Of a stretch of DNA of 64,000 nucleotides, positions 29,248 to 38,854 are shown one piece after another. Each line of letters starts with the position of its first letter. Position 1 is the stretch's first letter. A program made the position numbers and the translations under genes. Source of the stretch: an uncultured Gammaproteobacteria bacterium (lineage in GTDB: Bacteria > Patescibacteriota > Microgenomatia > UBA8517); the NCBI GenBank assembly GCA_964583685.1, contig CAZOVJ010000001.1, positions 393,152-457,151 on the forward strand. The letters run 5' to 3'. The notes under the pieces were generated by a model. The model was not told the DNA's origin and made no database searches. It was given only the letters and a program-made list of their open reading frames with translations.

Positions 29248-30667
29248 CAGCAAAGATTGAGGCACCCATTAAAGAGTAAATAACTATAAAATAAAATATT
29301 CCTCCCAAAATCACCAAGATGACAATGGAAATTAAGTTTACAGGCAGAAAATTGCGAACAAGCAAAAGCAAAGCTGCCATTGTCAAACCAGCAATCCCCG
29401 GCTTGAAGATACTCTCAAGCAAAGAAAATTTAACATACCTTCTGGCTATATAGATGGCGATAACCGAGCTTGAAGAAACCAGGGCATAGCCGGCGGCCGC
29501 CCCATTGACTCCATATCTTTTTGTCAAAAAGGGCAAAAGAATCCAAGACAAAACTGTCCACATAATCATCAATTTAAAGGTAATTTTGATTTTGCCAATG
29601 GCATTGAGAAGATTGGTCAGTTGAGTGGTAGCGGCAGCGAAAGATGCACTGATGGCAAAAAAACTGAGAGCTGTCAGGGCCGGAATCCATTTTTGATAAC
29701 GAGGAATCACCCGAACTAAAAACGGTGCGACAATTAAAATTCCCAAAATACTGGGGAAAACTAAAAAGCAAACAAAAAATATCGAGCGGGTAACAAATCT
29801 TTCAAGTTGTTTTTTATCGTCTTGCATTCGAGAAAAGGCCGGAAAACTAACTTTTAAAACATTATCCATAAAAAATCTTAGAGGCATCTGGCCTAATTTT
29901 TGGGCAAAGCTAAGGAAACCCATTCCCGCACTACCTAAAATCCCTCCTAAAACTATTATTAGACCATCGTCCTTGATTGTTGCCAAAAGAGTATTCAGTT
30001 GATAGGGAAGGCCAAAGCGCAAAAGTTTTCTTAGAGATTTTCTGGAAAAGGCCAAGCCAGGCATCCAAGGTTGAAGCAAATAGATGGCCACCAGCCCAAC
30101 CAAGCCCCTGATTAAAACGGCAATGGTAAAGCTGGTAATTCCCAATCCTTTCCAGGCAGCCAAAACCACTACGATGTTGTAAACAATATTTTCGAGAATT
30201 TGAGGAAAGACAAGCCTTTCAAACTTCAACTTTCTCTCAAGTAAGGTTGAGGGAATAGTTTTTAGGGAAGAGAGAAGTAAAGATATTCCCAAGGCATACA
30301 AAAGATAAAGGCCCTCTTGAGATAATTTATAAAATTTGGCAATAAAAGGCGAGCTCAAAAATAATATGAGTAAAAGCAGGATGACCAATCCCTGCTGGAC
30401 AGTAAAGGTTGTTTTCAAATCTTCATCTGTAACCTTCTTCCTTTTCTGAATCAAAGAAGCAGCCAGGCCAATATCGGAAAAGTAAGCTAAAAAGTTGACA
30501 ACCGCCGAAACCATGGCAAAAACCCCAAATTGGCTCTGGTCCAAAAATGCCCATAAAAATCCAGTGGCAATAAAAGAAAGAAGATGCAATAAGAAGCTTC
30601 TGCCAGTCAGAGTAACCACTCCGTGAACTGCCCGAGCTTTTACTTTCTCAAGAGTCATCTCCGCCAC
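29210..30667 (-). CDS. wzx: MOP-superfamily oligosaccharide flippase (Wzx/WzxC-like)
   Basis: FSDIGLAASLIQK, LERKLKFERL, LLRFGLPYQ, VSFPAFSRMQ; 12-14 TM; GTG 30667 lies 6 nt after TGCTACAAT. Confidence 0.8.
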   Translation of the reverse strand: MAEMTLEKVKARAVHGVVTLTGRSFLLHLLSFIATGFLWAFLDQSQFGVFAMVSAVVNFLAYFSDIGLAASLIQKRKKVTDEDLKTTFTVQQGLVILLLLILFLSSPFIAKFYKLSQEGLYLLYALGISLLLSSLKTIPSTLLERKLKFERLVFPQILENIVYNIVVVLAAWKGLGITSFTIAVLIRGLVGLVAIYLLQPWMPGLAFSRKSLRKLLRFGLPYQLNTLLATIKDDGLIIVLGGILGSAGMGFLSFAQKLGQMPLRFFMDNVLKVSFPAFSRMQDDKKQLERFVTRSIFFVCFLVFPSILGILIVAPFLVRVIPRYQKWIPALTALSFFAISASFAAATTQLTNLLNAIGKIKITFKLMIMWTVLSWILLPFLTKRYGVNGAAAGYALVSSSSVIAIYIARRYVKFSLLESIFKPGIAGLTMAALLLLVRNFLPVNLISIVILVILGGIFYFIVIYSLMGASIFADVKKGFRTVFSK

Positions 30668-30722
30668 ACTCAAATTGTAGCATTAGTCTAATTAAGAACA
30701 AAATATATTGTAAAATATTCTA
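30668..30722. promoter_or_regulatory. Divergent leaderless-type promoters
   Basis: TACAAT (- strand, 30674-30679) and TAAAAT (+ strand, 30711-30716), each 6 nt before a start codon. Confidence 0.55.
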
Positions 30723-31565
30723 ATGAGCAACCAATCTGTTGGCCAGCGGATAAAATTGTTGCATCTGGTTGTCGGCTTAGGGCTGATATTCTGGCCAATA
30801 GCACTTTTTTTAAACAATACCTTCAGCAACTTTATCAGTTATATCCTTCCCTCTTTCTTTCTCTTTTCAAGTTGGATCCTTCTGAAACGCTCTTCAAAAT
30901 TATACTTTTTGCCTATCCTCTTTATCCCCCTAATTGAGCCAAAATTAGCCCTTCTCCCTTTCTGCTTCAGCCTAATTAATCTACTTTGGCAGCAGGACAA
31001 AAGAATATCCTTTGTCTTTTTATTTCTCTCTCTGCTCGTTGTTTTTGTAACTTGGAAACCCTTCTTTGGCCAAACTATTTTCAGTCCGGACTATGAAGCC
31101 CGTCAGTTTGTTATTCGTAAAACCCACCTTTATCCCACAGTCTTCATGGCCAGACTGTTCCAAAACAAGGCCCGAATTTATGGTGATAAATTCATTAATA
31201 ATTTTTTTGCTCTCAGCGACCCCAACAATTACTTTTTTGCCTTTCATCCCCGACCAATAATTATTGAAAATCAAAACCTTAATAAATTCCCTTTTATCGG
31301 ACTTTTATTTAGTCTTTTTGGTTTCTTCTATTTGGCAAAGAGTCAAAATAAAAAATTTATCATCAAGAGCCTTGTCGCCTGCCTAATTTCCCTTTCTCTT
31401 TTAATCAATTTCGACCGCCATGATTTTATCCTTTGGCTCCCCCTTGGTCTTATCTTTGTTCATGGAGTTCAAGAATTCAGCCAAAAATTTAAAAAGGCCA
31501 AATATGTTTTCTGGTTATTTTTTGTTTTTGCTATTCCAGAATTAATAAGAATTTTTTTTCAATGA
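30723..31565 (+). CDS. Short membrane protein resembling the C-terminal TM half of subfamily-A GT-Cs
   Basis: MARLFQNKARIY..FINNFFALSDPNNYFF matches LARVLHNK..NYFS.FSP.FLF of the paralogs; no DE loop. Confidence 0.6.
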   Translation: MSNQSVGQRIKLLHLVVGLGLIFWPIALFLNNTFSNFISYILPSFFLFSSWILLKRSSKLYFLPILFIPLIEPKLALLPFCFSLINLLWQQDKRISFVFLFLSLLVVFVTWKPFFGQTIFSPDYEARQFVIRKTHLYPTVFMARLFQNKARIYGDKFINNFFALSDPNNYFFAFHPRPIIIENQNLNKFPFIGLLFSLFGFFYLAKSQNKKFIIKSLVACLISLSLLINFDRHDFILWLPLGLIFVHGVQEFSQKFKKAKYVFWLFFVFAIPELIRIFFQ

Positions 31566-33238
31566 AATCAATAGAAAAAATTGGGAAAGTTTTTACCTTG
31601 CTTATCTTAGCTCTGGCCATTTTTTTAGGAATCCTCACTAGGTTTTACAAACTTGGCCAAGCACCAGCCGGCCTCTATCTTGACGAGGCAGCTCAGGGAT
31701 ACAGTGCTTACTCAATCCTTAAGACTGGCAAGGACGAATTTGGTAAATCCTTCCCCGTTGTTTTCCGCTCCTTTACGGATTTCAAAACCCCTATCTATAT
31801 TTATCTGCTCGTTCCTCTTATCCCCATTTTTGGTCTTAGTAAATTTACGGTCCGTTTTCCCTCATTTATCTTCAGCGTTTTGAGTCTTCCCCTAATTTAT
31901 CTTTTAATCCGCAAAATCTGCTCTCAAAAAATCGCCAAGCCCCTTAGCCTGCTGACCAGCCTGCTCCTGGCAATTTCACCCTGGCACATCCTCTTTGGCC
32001 GGACCAACTTTGAATGCAACGTTGCCCTTTTCTTCTTCCTGGCTGGAATTTATTTCTTCTATCAAGGTCTGAAAAAGCCCAGTCGCCTTTTAATTTCAGC
32101 CATCATGTTAGCCATCGCCATCCCTAGCTACCACTCCCAAAGGCTGATTACTCCGCTCATGCTCTTACTCTTATTTATCAGGCATCGTCAAGTGCTTTTA
32201 GGACCAAAGCACCGTCGTTTTGTCTGTCTTGGCCTTTTAATTGGCCTCCTGATTAGTCTACCTACCTTGAGTGTTGCCTTTAGCCCTGGCTTCTTGGCTC
32301 GGGCTAGCGGGCTCAACATCTTCTCCCACCAACGCCAAATGCCCACTGGCTTTCTTGAAAATTATCGCGGTCCTCTTACTGAAATAATAAATAGCTCTTG
32401 GTTTCTCTCAACCCAAGAGTTTCTTTCTTTATATCTTTCTTACTTTTCTCCGAGAAATATGTTCGTCCTCGGCGACTATGACCCCCGCAGCTCTTTCCCG
32501 GAATTATCAACCTTTTTCCTCTGGCAATTTCCCTTCTACCTCTATGGCCTTTATCTTATTTTCAAAAATAAAAGCCTTAAAGAACTCCGTTTCCTTACTC
32601 TCGCCCTTCTCTTGATTTCTCCGCTCCCGGCCGCCGTTACCCGCGATCCCTATTCCACCATTCGGGCCTTACCCATGGTTATTCCTCAATTAATAATCAT
32701 CAGTTTGGGCCTGATTAAGGCCTTTCAAATTTTAAAAAAGCCAATCTTTAAACTAGCAACCTATGGCCTATTTGGCTTAATCCTCATCTATTCAATGGCC
32801 AAGCTTTACAGCTCAGTTATTGTCTTAAATGAACATTTCCGGGCCAAGTATTGGAATTATGGCTGGGAACAAGTAGTGGAAGTGCTACACAAACTTGACC
32901 CTCACTTACCAGTAGTCGTTGATACTGCCCGCTCAGAACCTTACAGCCAAATCCTTTTCTTTCTTAAATTTGAGCCCACCACCTATCAGCAGGAAAATCA
33001 GGAAGTTCCTCTTTCCCAGTACTATACCAATATGTCCAGGAACTCAAGTCGAAAAATAGGCAATATCATTACCAGGGTCATTGACTGGGAACCTGACTTA
33101 TTGATTGAACAATATTTTGTCGGTGATGCTCTGGCCATTTCTCAGCAGCAAATCGCAGTTCATAAACTTAAATTAATTGAGGAAATTGACTATCCGGATG
33201 GCAGTGTCGCTTTCAGAATCGTCAAAACCAACCCCTAA
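31562..33238 (+). CDS. GT-C ArnT/PMT-like glycosyltransferase (subfamily A)
   Basis: LYLDEAAQGYSAYSILKTGKDE, SFTDFKTP, AISPWHILFGR, EPYSQILFF. Confidence 0.85.
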   Translation: MKSIEKIGKVFTLLILALAIFLGILTRFYKLGQAPAGLYLDEAAQGYSAYSILKTGKDEFGKSFPVVFRSFTDFKTPIYIYLLVPLIPIFGLSKFTVRFPSFIFSVLSLPLIYLLIRKICSQKIAKPLSLLTSLLLAISPWHILFGRTNFECNVALFFFLAGIYFFYQGLKKPSRLLISAIMLAIAIPSYHSQRLITPLMLLLLFIRHRQVLLGPKHRRFVCLGLLIGLLISLPTLSVAFSPGFLARASGLNIFSHQRQMPTGFLENYRGPLTEIINSSWFLSTQEFLSLYLSYFSPRNMFVLGDYDPRSSFPELSTFFLWQFPFYLYGLYLIFKNKSLKELRFLTLALLLISPLPAAVTRDPYSTIRALPMVIPQLIIISLGLIKAFQILKKPIFKLATYGLFGLILIYSMAKLYSSVIVLNEHFRAKYWNYGWEQVVEVLHKLDPHLPVVVDTARSEPYSQILFFLKFEPTTYQQENQEVPLSQYYTNMSRNSSRKIGNIITRVIDWEPDLLIEQYFVGDALAISQQQIAVHKLKLIEEIDYPDGSVAFRIVKTNP

Positions 33239-33240
33239 AA

Positions 33241-34752
33241 TTATTGAATTTGGGCCACAAGGGGAAAAACCTTATCTCCGGGAAAATCTTCTGAAACCCC
33301 TCCCAAATCTTCGTAAAAAACCTTGAGCTCAAAATCTTGATAAAGAAGTTGCAAGGCATCACTGCCGGAAAGGGCAAAGAAAGCTTGTTTTGAGGTTCCT
33401 CCCCAATCTTCGGCCACAAAAGGGTAATCAGGGTCGTTAGTAAAATAAACAGCCGAACCTTTGGGTAATTGAGAATACCTTAATTTAACCTGCTTTATTA
33501 ATCTTTGTGCCAATCTACCCCGACTGGCAGCCCAGTAAGTAGAATCTGCCAATCTCACCGAGCTTATTGAGAGCAGCAAAAGGGCAGCAACAAATACACC
33601 GAAGATTGCGACAGCTAGTTTTTTGTTTTTTTTAGCCAATAGCCAATAAGCCTTAAAAGCTAAAAACCCAACCGCTGCCCAAAAAGCAGGCAAGGCAGCA
33701 GCTAGATAATGGCTTGATTTATGAAAAGGCAGAAATAGCACTGGAGCCAGAGCCAAGGGAAACCAAAAGACAAACAGCCAAAATCTTCTATCAATAAAAG
33801 TCTTTTTGTTTCTTAAAAATAAATAAGTAACGGCCGCTGAAAGAATGGTAACCGCTAAAAAGAATGTTGGGAAAATAAGGGAAAAATAATTACCCCAATG
33901 ACGCATAAGACTGGGGTTAAGCCGAAGACCTGGCCGGACAAAATCAATAACCATCTCGGGTAAACCCAAGGACCAAGCCAAATACCAGACAAGGGTGTTC
34001 AGGGTACTTTTAATATTAAAAGTAGGTTGGTATTGGGGCTCGGTTTGGGAAAAGCCGATAACGAAAAAGTTCAAATAAAGATAAAGTCCAAGTACAAAGA
34101 AAAGAGGCCAGATTTCTTTAATTGCTTTTAAAATAACCCGACCCGCATCTTTCTCTTTTAGAAAAAACAGCCCGCCCAAAAGAAAGGGAGTTGCCACTGC
34201 CAACTCATGGCAAGTCAAAGCCAGAAGGAAAGCAAAAAAGCTTGCAAATTTAAATCTAATTTTCTCCTTCTCTAGATACCTCCAAAAAATAACTAGACTA
34301 AAAAGCATAAACATGGCCGCAGCTAGGGTCTGAATCCCTCCGGCCAGATAATACAAACTGGCCATATTAGCGGCCGTAATGCCAAAGAAAAAGGCGACAA
34401 AAAAAGAAAGCCTGGCTTTAGCAAAAAGTCTTTGCATCAAAACATAAACCAGACTGATGTTTATAAAATGCAAAATCAGACTTAGAAACCTAAAAGGAAG
34501 ATGATTTAAACCAAAGATAGAATAAAAAATATTATATAAAACTTCTCTAAAAAGCGGCCGGTAAAAGGCAATCCCCCTTTGCTCAAAAGGATGAAATCCG
34601 AAAAAATTGATAAATGCTCTTAAACTACCATCTGTTCGGGCAACCTGGAAATGAAAAAAATCATCACCGGTAAAATAGACGGAAAAAATTGAGCAGTAAA
34701 GAAGGAGGACAACCAAAAAAATCAAGAGTAATGGTGCAAGCTTCTTAACCAC
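33241..34752 (-). CDS. GT-C membrane glycosyltransferase (DD-motif, TMTC-like membrane domain)
   Basis: FTGDDFFH, FYRPL, LILHFIN, LALTCHE. Confidence 0.7.
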   Translation of the reverse strand: MVKKLAPLLLIFLVVLLLYCSIFSVYFTGDDFFHFQVARTDGSLRAFINFFGFHPFEQRGIAFYRPLFREVLYNIFYSIFGLNHLPFRFLSLILHFINISLVYVLMQRLFAKARLSFFVAFFFGITAANMASLYYLAGGIQTLAAAMFMLFSLVIFWRYLEKEKIRFKFASFFAFLLALTCHELAVATPFLLGGLFFLKEKDAGRVILKAIKEIWPLFFVLGLYLYLNFFVIGFSQTEPQYQPTFNIKSTLNTLVWYLAWSLGLPEMVIDFVRPGLRLNPSLMRHWGNYFSLIFPTFFLAVTILSAAVTYLFLRNKKTFIDRRFWLFVFWFPLALAPVLFLPFHKSSHYLAAALPAFWAAVGFLAFKAYWLLAKKNKKLAVAIFGVFVAALLLLSISSVRLADSTYWAASRGRLAQRLIKQVKLRYSQLPKGSAVYFTNDPDYPFVAEDWGGTSKQAFFALSGSDALQLLYQDFELKVFYEDLGGVSEDFPGDKVFPLVAQIQ

Positions 34753-34819
34753 AAGCTTATTTTAACACTGTTGAAAACCAACTTTGACCATGAACTGGGT
34801 TATCTGTAATAATTGCTCT

Positions 34820-35548
34820 ATGAGTAACGATATTTATCTATCTTTGATTATCCCTGTTTATAATGAGGAAAAAATAATCAACCATACTTTAAAAGAAGTA
34901 TTAAAATATTTGTCAAAGAAACCCTTCAGTTGGGAAGTTATTGTGGTTGATGATGGAAGCAATGATCTGAGTTCAAAAATCGTAGAAGACTTCAAAAAGA
35001 AAAAAGTAAAACTGGTCAAACAAACACCAAATCAAGGTAAGGGAGCGGCCTTAAGGCTAGGGGTTGAAAAGTCAAAGGGAAATTTTATTATCTATAGCGA
35101 CGCAGATCTCTCAGTTCCTTTAGAAAACATCGCCATATTCTTATCACGGCTTAAAAAGAATGATGTTGTAATAAGTTCAAGAAGAGCAAGGGGGGCAAAG
35201 ATAGTGGTTCACCAGCCTTGGTTGCGTGAGAATATGGGTAGAGTTTATAGCTTTCTTTCTCAGCTGGTGACAGGTATTTGGGTTTCGGACTTCACTTGTG
35301 GATTCAAAGGCTTTGAAAAAAAGGCGGCGAAAGATCTGTTTGCTTGCGGGCTTCTAGATAGATGGGCTTATGATTCTGAAATTTTGTTTTTAGCCAAAAA
35401 GCATGGTTATAAAATTTGTGAAGTTCCTGTTGCCTGGACAAACAGGAAAGAAACCAGAGTAGTGCTAAGAAGGGCGGTAATAGCCTCCTTTATAGATCTT
35501 TTTAAAATTAGGGTAAACGATTTGTTAAGTAAGTATAATAGAAAGTGA
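34820..35548 (+). CDS. Polyprenol-phosphate sugar synthase (GT2, Dol-P-Glc synthase-like)
   Basis: IIPVYNEE, VVDDGSND, NQGKGAA, YSDADLS, SDFTCGFKGF, WAYDSE. Confidence 0.85.
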   Translation: MSNDIYLSLIIPVYNEEKIINHTLKEVLKYLSKKPFSWEVIVVDDGSNDLSSKIVEDFKKKKVKLVKQTPNQGKGAALRLGVEKSKGNFIIYSDADLSVPLENIAIFLSRLKKNDVVISSRRARGAKIVVHQPWLRENMGRVYSFLSQLVTGIWVSDFTCGFKGFEKKAAKDLFACGLLDRWAYDSEILFLAKKHGYKICEVPVAWTNRKETRVVLRRAVIASFIDLFKIRVNDLLSKYNRK

Positions 35549-35555
35549 GGAGTTT

Positions 35556-37193
35556 ATGCCAAAACGAATCCTTCTTTTTCTTTTGATCTTAATTATTCCC
35601 ACTTTTTCTTCCCTTCTTAGGCCAGGATACTTCCCCATGCACGACGACTTACAGGCAATACGACTTTTTGAGATGGACAAGTGTATAAAAGATGGCCAGA
35701 TTCCCTGCCGTTGGGTACCGGATATGGGTTATGGTTATGGTTATCCTCAATTTAATTTCTATGCTCCATTTCCATACTACTCAATGGAGATTTTTCATCT
35801 TTTGGGTTTAGGATTTCTAGATAGCATCAAGGTAGTTTTTGCTTTAAGCGTTCTTGTTTCTACTTTTGGCATGTTTCTCTTGGGAAAATCACTTTGGGGT
35901 AACACGGGAGGATTGATCAGTGCTCTATTATATGCTTACGCACCCTATAGGGCTGTGGACATGTATGTTCGGGGAGCAGTAGGAGAATTTTGGGCACTTG
36001 CCTTTCTTCCCTTAATTTTGTGGTCTTGCAGGGAGGTTCTAAAAAACAACAGAAAAGCAGTCTTATGGCTCGCATTATCTTTGGCCGGATTATTAACATC
36101 ACACAGCATTACTTCTCTTATTTTTATTCCCGTGTTTTTTGTTTGGGTTGCTTTTCAATTTTTCTTACTTGGCAAAGAACTGAAAAATATTGTCTTGAGT
36201 TCTTTTTGGGGCTTTTCAATGGCCGCATTTTTTCTTGTTCCAGCCTGGTTTGAGAGAGGATTTGTCCACATCCAAACCCTGCTTCAAGGATACTTTAATT
36301 ATTTAGCTCACTTTGTCAGCATTAAGCAATTATTATTCTCGACTTACTGGGATTACGGCACATCTAAGCTTGGGCCATATGATGATATTTCTTTTGCTGT
36401 TGGCCTTTTGCATTGGATATTGCCCATGCTGGCAGTTTTTCTTTTTATTATTACAAAGAAGAAAAAGCAATTATTAACTTTGTTGTTTTTTGTTGCTATA
36501 GGCTGGCTAGCTCTCTTTATGACCCACCAAAAATCAGTCTTTATCTGGAACAAAATTACAATTTTATCTTATTTACAATTTCCCTGGAGATTCTTAACCG
36601 TTGCCATATGTTGTTTTTCTGCTGCCTCTGGCTCAATCGCCCTTCTTTTTCCAAAAAATAAAAAGTTCATCTTTTCAACCTTAGCTGGAATTTCTGTCTT
36701 CATTCTCATCTTATATTCAAACTATTTTAGGCCAATAAAGTGGTTAGAAATCACTGATAACGAAAAACTCTCTGGAGAGCTTTGGGAAAAACAGTTAACC
36801 ATTAGTATCTTTGATTATTTACCTATTTACGCCGAGAGTCCACCTGGAGAAAAAGCGCCTGATAAACCACTAATAATAAAAGGGGATGGTAAGACAATCT
36901 CAGGTCAGACAGGCAGTAATTGGCAAAACTGGAAAGTCAGAATGGACGAAGAAGGGCGAATTCGCTTGCCCCTGTTTTATTTTCCAGGATGGAAAGTGTG
37001 GGTGAACGGCCAAAAAACTGCCATTGATCATGATAACAAGCTGGGCTTAATAACAGTTAGAGTGACTGAGGGTGAACAACAAATTTTAGCCAAGCTTGAA
37101 AGTACGCCAATCAGAAAATTGGGCAATATGATTACTCTAGCCGGCTTTTTGACTATTCCAGTATTTTTAAGAGAGGGGGGAAAGAAAAAATGA
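35556..37193 (+). CDS. GT-C membrane protein, PF10131/YfhO-like (subfamily C)
   Basis: MHDDLQ, RWVPDMGYGYGYPQFNFY, APYRAVDMYVRGAVGE, QFPWRFL, YFPGW. Confidence 0.8.
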   Translation: MPKRILLFLLILIIPTFSSLLRPGYFPMHDDLQAIRLFEMDKCIKDGQIPCRWVPDMGYGYGYPQFNFYAPFPYYSMEIFHLLGLGFLDSIKVVFALSVLVSTFGMFLLGKSLWGNTGGLISALLYAYAPYRAVDMYVRGAVGEFWALAFLPLILWSCREVLKNNRKAVLWLALSLAGLLTSHSITSLIFIPVFFVWVAFQFFLLGKELKNIVLSSFWGFSMAAFFLVPAWFERGFVHIQTLLQGYFNYLAHFVSIKQLLFSTYWDYGTSKLGPYDDISFAVGLLHWILPMLAVFLFIITKKKKQLLTLLFFVAIGWLALFMTHQKSVFIWNKITILSYLQFPWRFLTVAICCFSAASGSIALLFPKNKKFIFSTLAGISVFILILYSNYFRPIKWLEITDNEKLSGELWEKQLTISIFDYLPIYAESPPGEKAPDKPLIIKGDGKTISGQTGSNWQNWKVRMDEEGRIRLPLFYFPGWKVWVNGQKTAIDHDNKLGLITVRVTEGEQQILAKLESTPIRKLGNMITLAGFLTIPVFLREGGKKK

Positions 37194-38854
37194 AAAGAGT
37201 GGTTCCATTTCTATTAATTATTTTTCTCGCTCTTCCCGCAGCTAGATATTTGCTTGGACAGGGTTACTTTAACATGCACGATGACTTGCAGGTTATGCGT
37301 ATTTACCAGTTTGAGAAATGCTTGGCAGACGGACAAATTCCTTGCCGATGGTCTCCTGATATGGCTTATGGATACGGTCAAGCAATGTTCAACTTTTACA
37401 GTACCTTTCCTTACTATCTTGGAGCTCTAATGAGAATTATTGCCCCTTTTTCTATCATGGAAACAGTTTTGCTTCTTTTCTTAATCTCACTTATTTTGTC
37501 TGCTTTTGGAATGTATTTTTTAGCAAAACAGTTTTGGGGGAAACTGGGTGGTATAGTGGCCGCAGTTTTGTATACTTACGCTCCCTATCATGGCCTTGAT
37601 ATCTTTATTCGAGGCGCACTGGCCGAGTCGTTTAGCTTAGCCATATTGCCATTTATTTGGCTTTTTATATATCTGGTGATTAAAAAAGCAAGCTTTCAAA
37701 GAGTTGTGGGGCTAACTCTTTCTTTGGCAATACTCTTTACCACTCACAACGTTTCTTCTTTAATGTATGCTCCCTTTACAGCTGTTTGGGCTCTCTTTTG
37801 GATAGTTTATTCAAAAAAATGGAAGTCAATATTGGGCCTTGGACTGGGGGGCGTTCTTGCTTTAGGAATTTCAGCCTTTTTTCTTCTGCCAGTCTTGTTT
37901 GAGCAGTCCTTAATCCAGAAAGAGTTTTTTACGATGGATTATCTTGACTATAATGCACATTTCGTCTCAATTAGGCAACTTTTCTTGGATAGAGCTTGGG
38001 GACATGGGCCTTCTATTTTTGGACCTGAGGATGAATTATCTTTCCAAATAGGATGGCCACACTGGTGGCTGGCAATCCCTTTAACTTTTATTGCCCTTTT
38101 CTGGTTTGTAAAAAAACGAAGCAAATCTCTACTGTTTGTCATTTTAGGTCTTTTGGGGTTTTCGGCTTTGACTGCCTTTTTAACCCATTCCCGCTCAACC
38201 CCCATATGGCAAGCAATACCCATGATGGCCTTTATTCAATTTCCCTGGAGATTTTTAGGGCCCACTATATTTGGACTTTCCTTTGGAGCCGGAGCTTTGG
38301 TAAAAACAGGAATCAAATTTAGACACCTAGTTGGCACTTTTATTATCATATTAGCAATCGTATTGAACTTTAACTATTTTAAGCCCTGGAGTACCTATGC
38401 GATAAATGATGAAGAAAAGTTAAGCGGTATCTCATTTGAGATTCAGCAAAAGTCAGCCATATTAGACTATCTTCCAAAAACTGCGCCGATTGCTCCAAAA
38501 GAGCTTGCTCCTGAAAAGCCAATTATTGCCTTCGGTGAAGCTGAAACCTACAACTTCTCAAAACGCTCAAATAGCTTCTTTTTTGATGCTGAGGTATATC
38601 AAAACACGGAAATTCAAATTCCAGTCATGTATTTCCCGGGCTGGAAAGTTATCTCTGAAAAAACTGTCATTCCCAGTTGGCCCTCAGGAGATTATGGACT
38701 CATTACTATTGAGCTACCTCAAGGCAAACATATTATCAGAGGAAGGTTTGAAAACACACCGGTACGAGACATTGGCAATACAATATCCATATTATCAACA
38801 ATCATTATTTTCTCAGGCTTTTTGGTTGAAGCTAACAAAAAGAAATCAAAATGA
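37190..38854 (+). CDS. GT-C membrane protein, PF10131/YfhO-like (subfamily C)
   Basis: MHDDLQ, RWSPDMAYGYG, RGALAE, QFPWRFL, YFPGW. Confidence 0.8.
   Translation: MKRVVPFLLIIFLALPAARYLLGQGYFNMHDDLQVMRIYQFEKCLADGQIPCRWSPDMAYGYGQAMFNFYSTFPYYLGALMRIIAPFSIMETVLLLFLISLILSAFGMYFLAKQFWGKLGGIVAAVLYTYAPYHGLDIFIRGALAESFSLAILPFIWLFIYLVIKKASFQRVVGLTLSLAILFTTHNVSSLMYAPFTAVWALFWIVYSKKWKSILGLGLGGVLALGISAFFLLPVLFEQSLIQKEFFTMDYLDYNAHFVSIRQLFLDRAWGHGPSIFGPEDELSFQIGWPHWWLAIPLTFIALFWFVKKRSKSLLFVILGLLGFSALTAFLTHSRSTPIWQAIPMMAFIQFPWRFLGPTIFGLSFGAGALVKTGIKFRHLVGTFIIILAIVLNFNYFKPWSTYAINDEEKLSGISFEIQQKSAILDYLPKTAPIAPKELAPEKPIIAFGEAETYNFSKRSNSFFFDAEVYQNTEIQIPVMYFPGWKVISEKTVIPSWPSGDYGLITIELPQGKHIIRGRFENTPVRDIGNTISILSTIIIFSGFLVEANKKKSK

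Noticed and set aside
1126-33238. DNA similarity among GT-C genes as DGR template/variable repeats or recombination cassettes
   Set aside because: Similarity is limited to conserved protein motifs with synonymous divergence. No reverse transcriptase or adenine-specific mismatch pattern was seen.
35727-35744. GGTTAT x3 tandem repeat
   Set aside because: It encodes the GYGYGY motif conserved in the neighbouring paralogs and is codon-driven.
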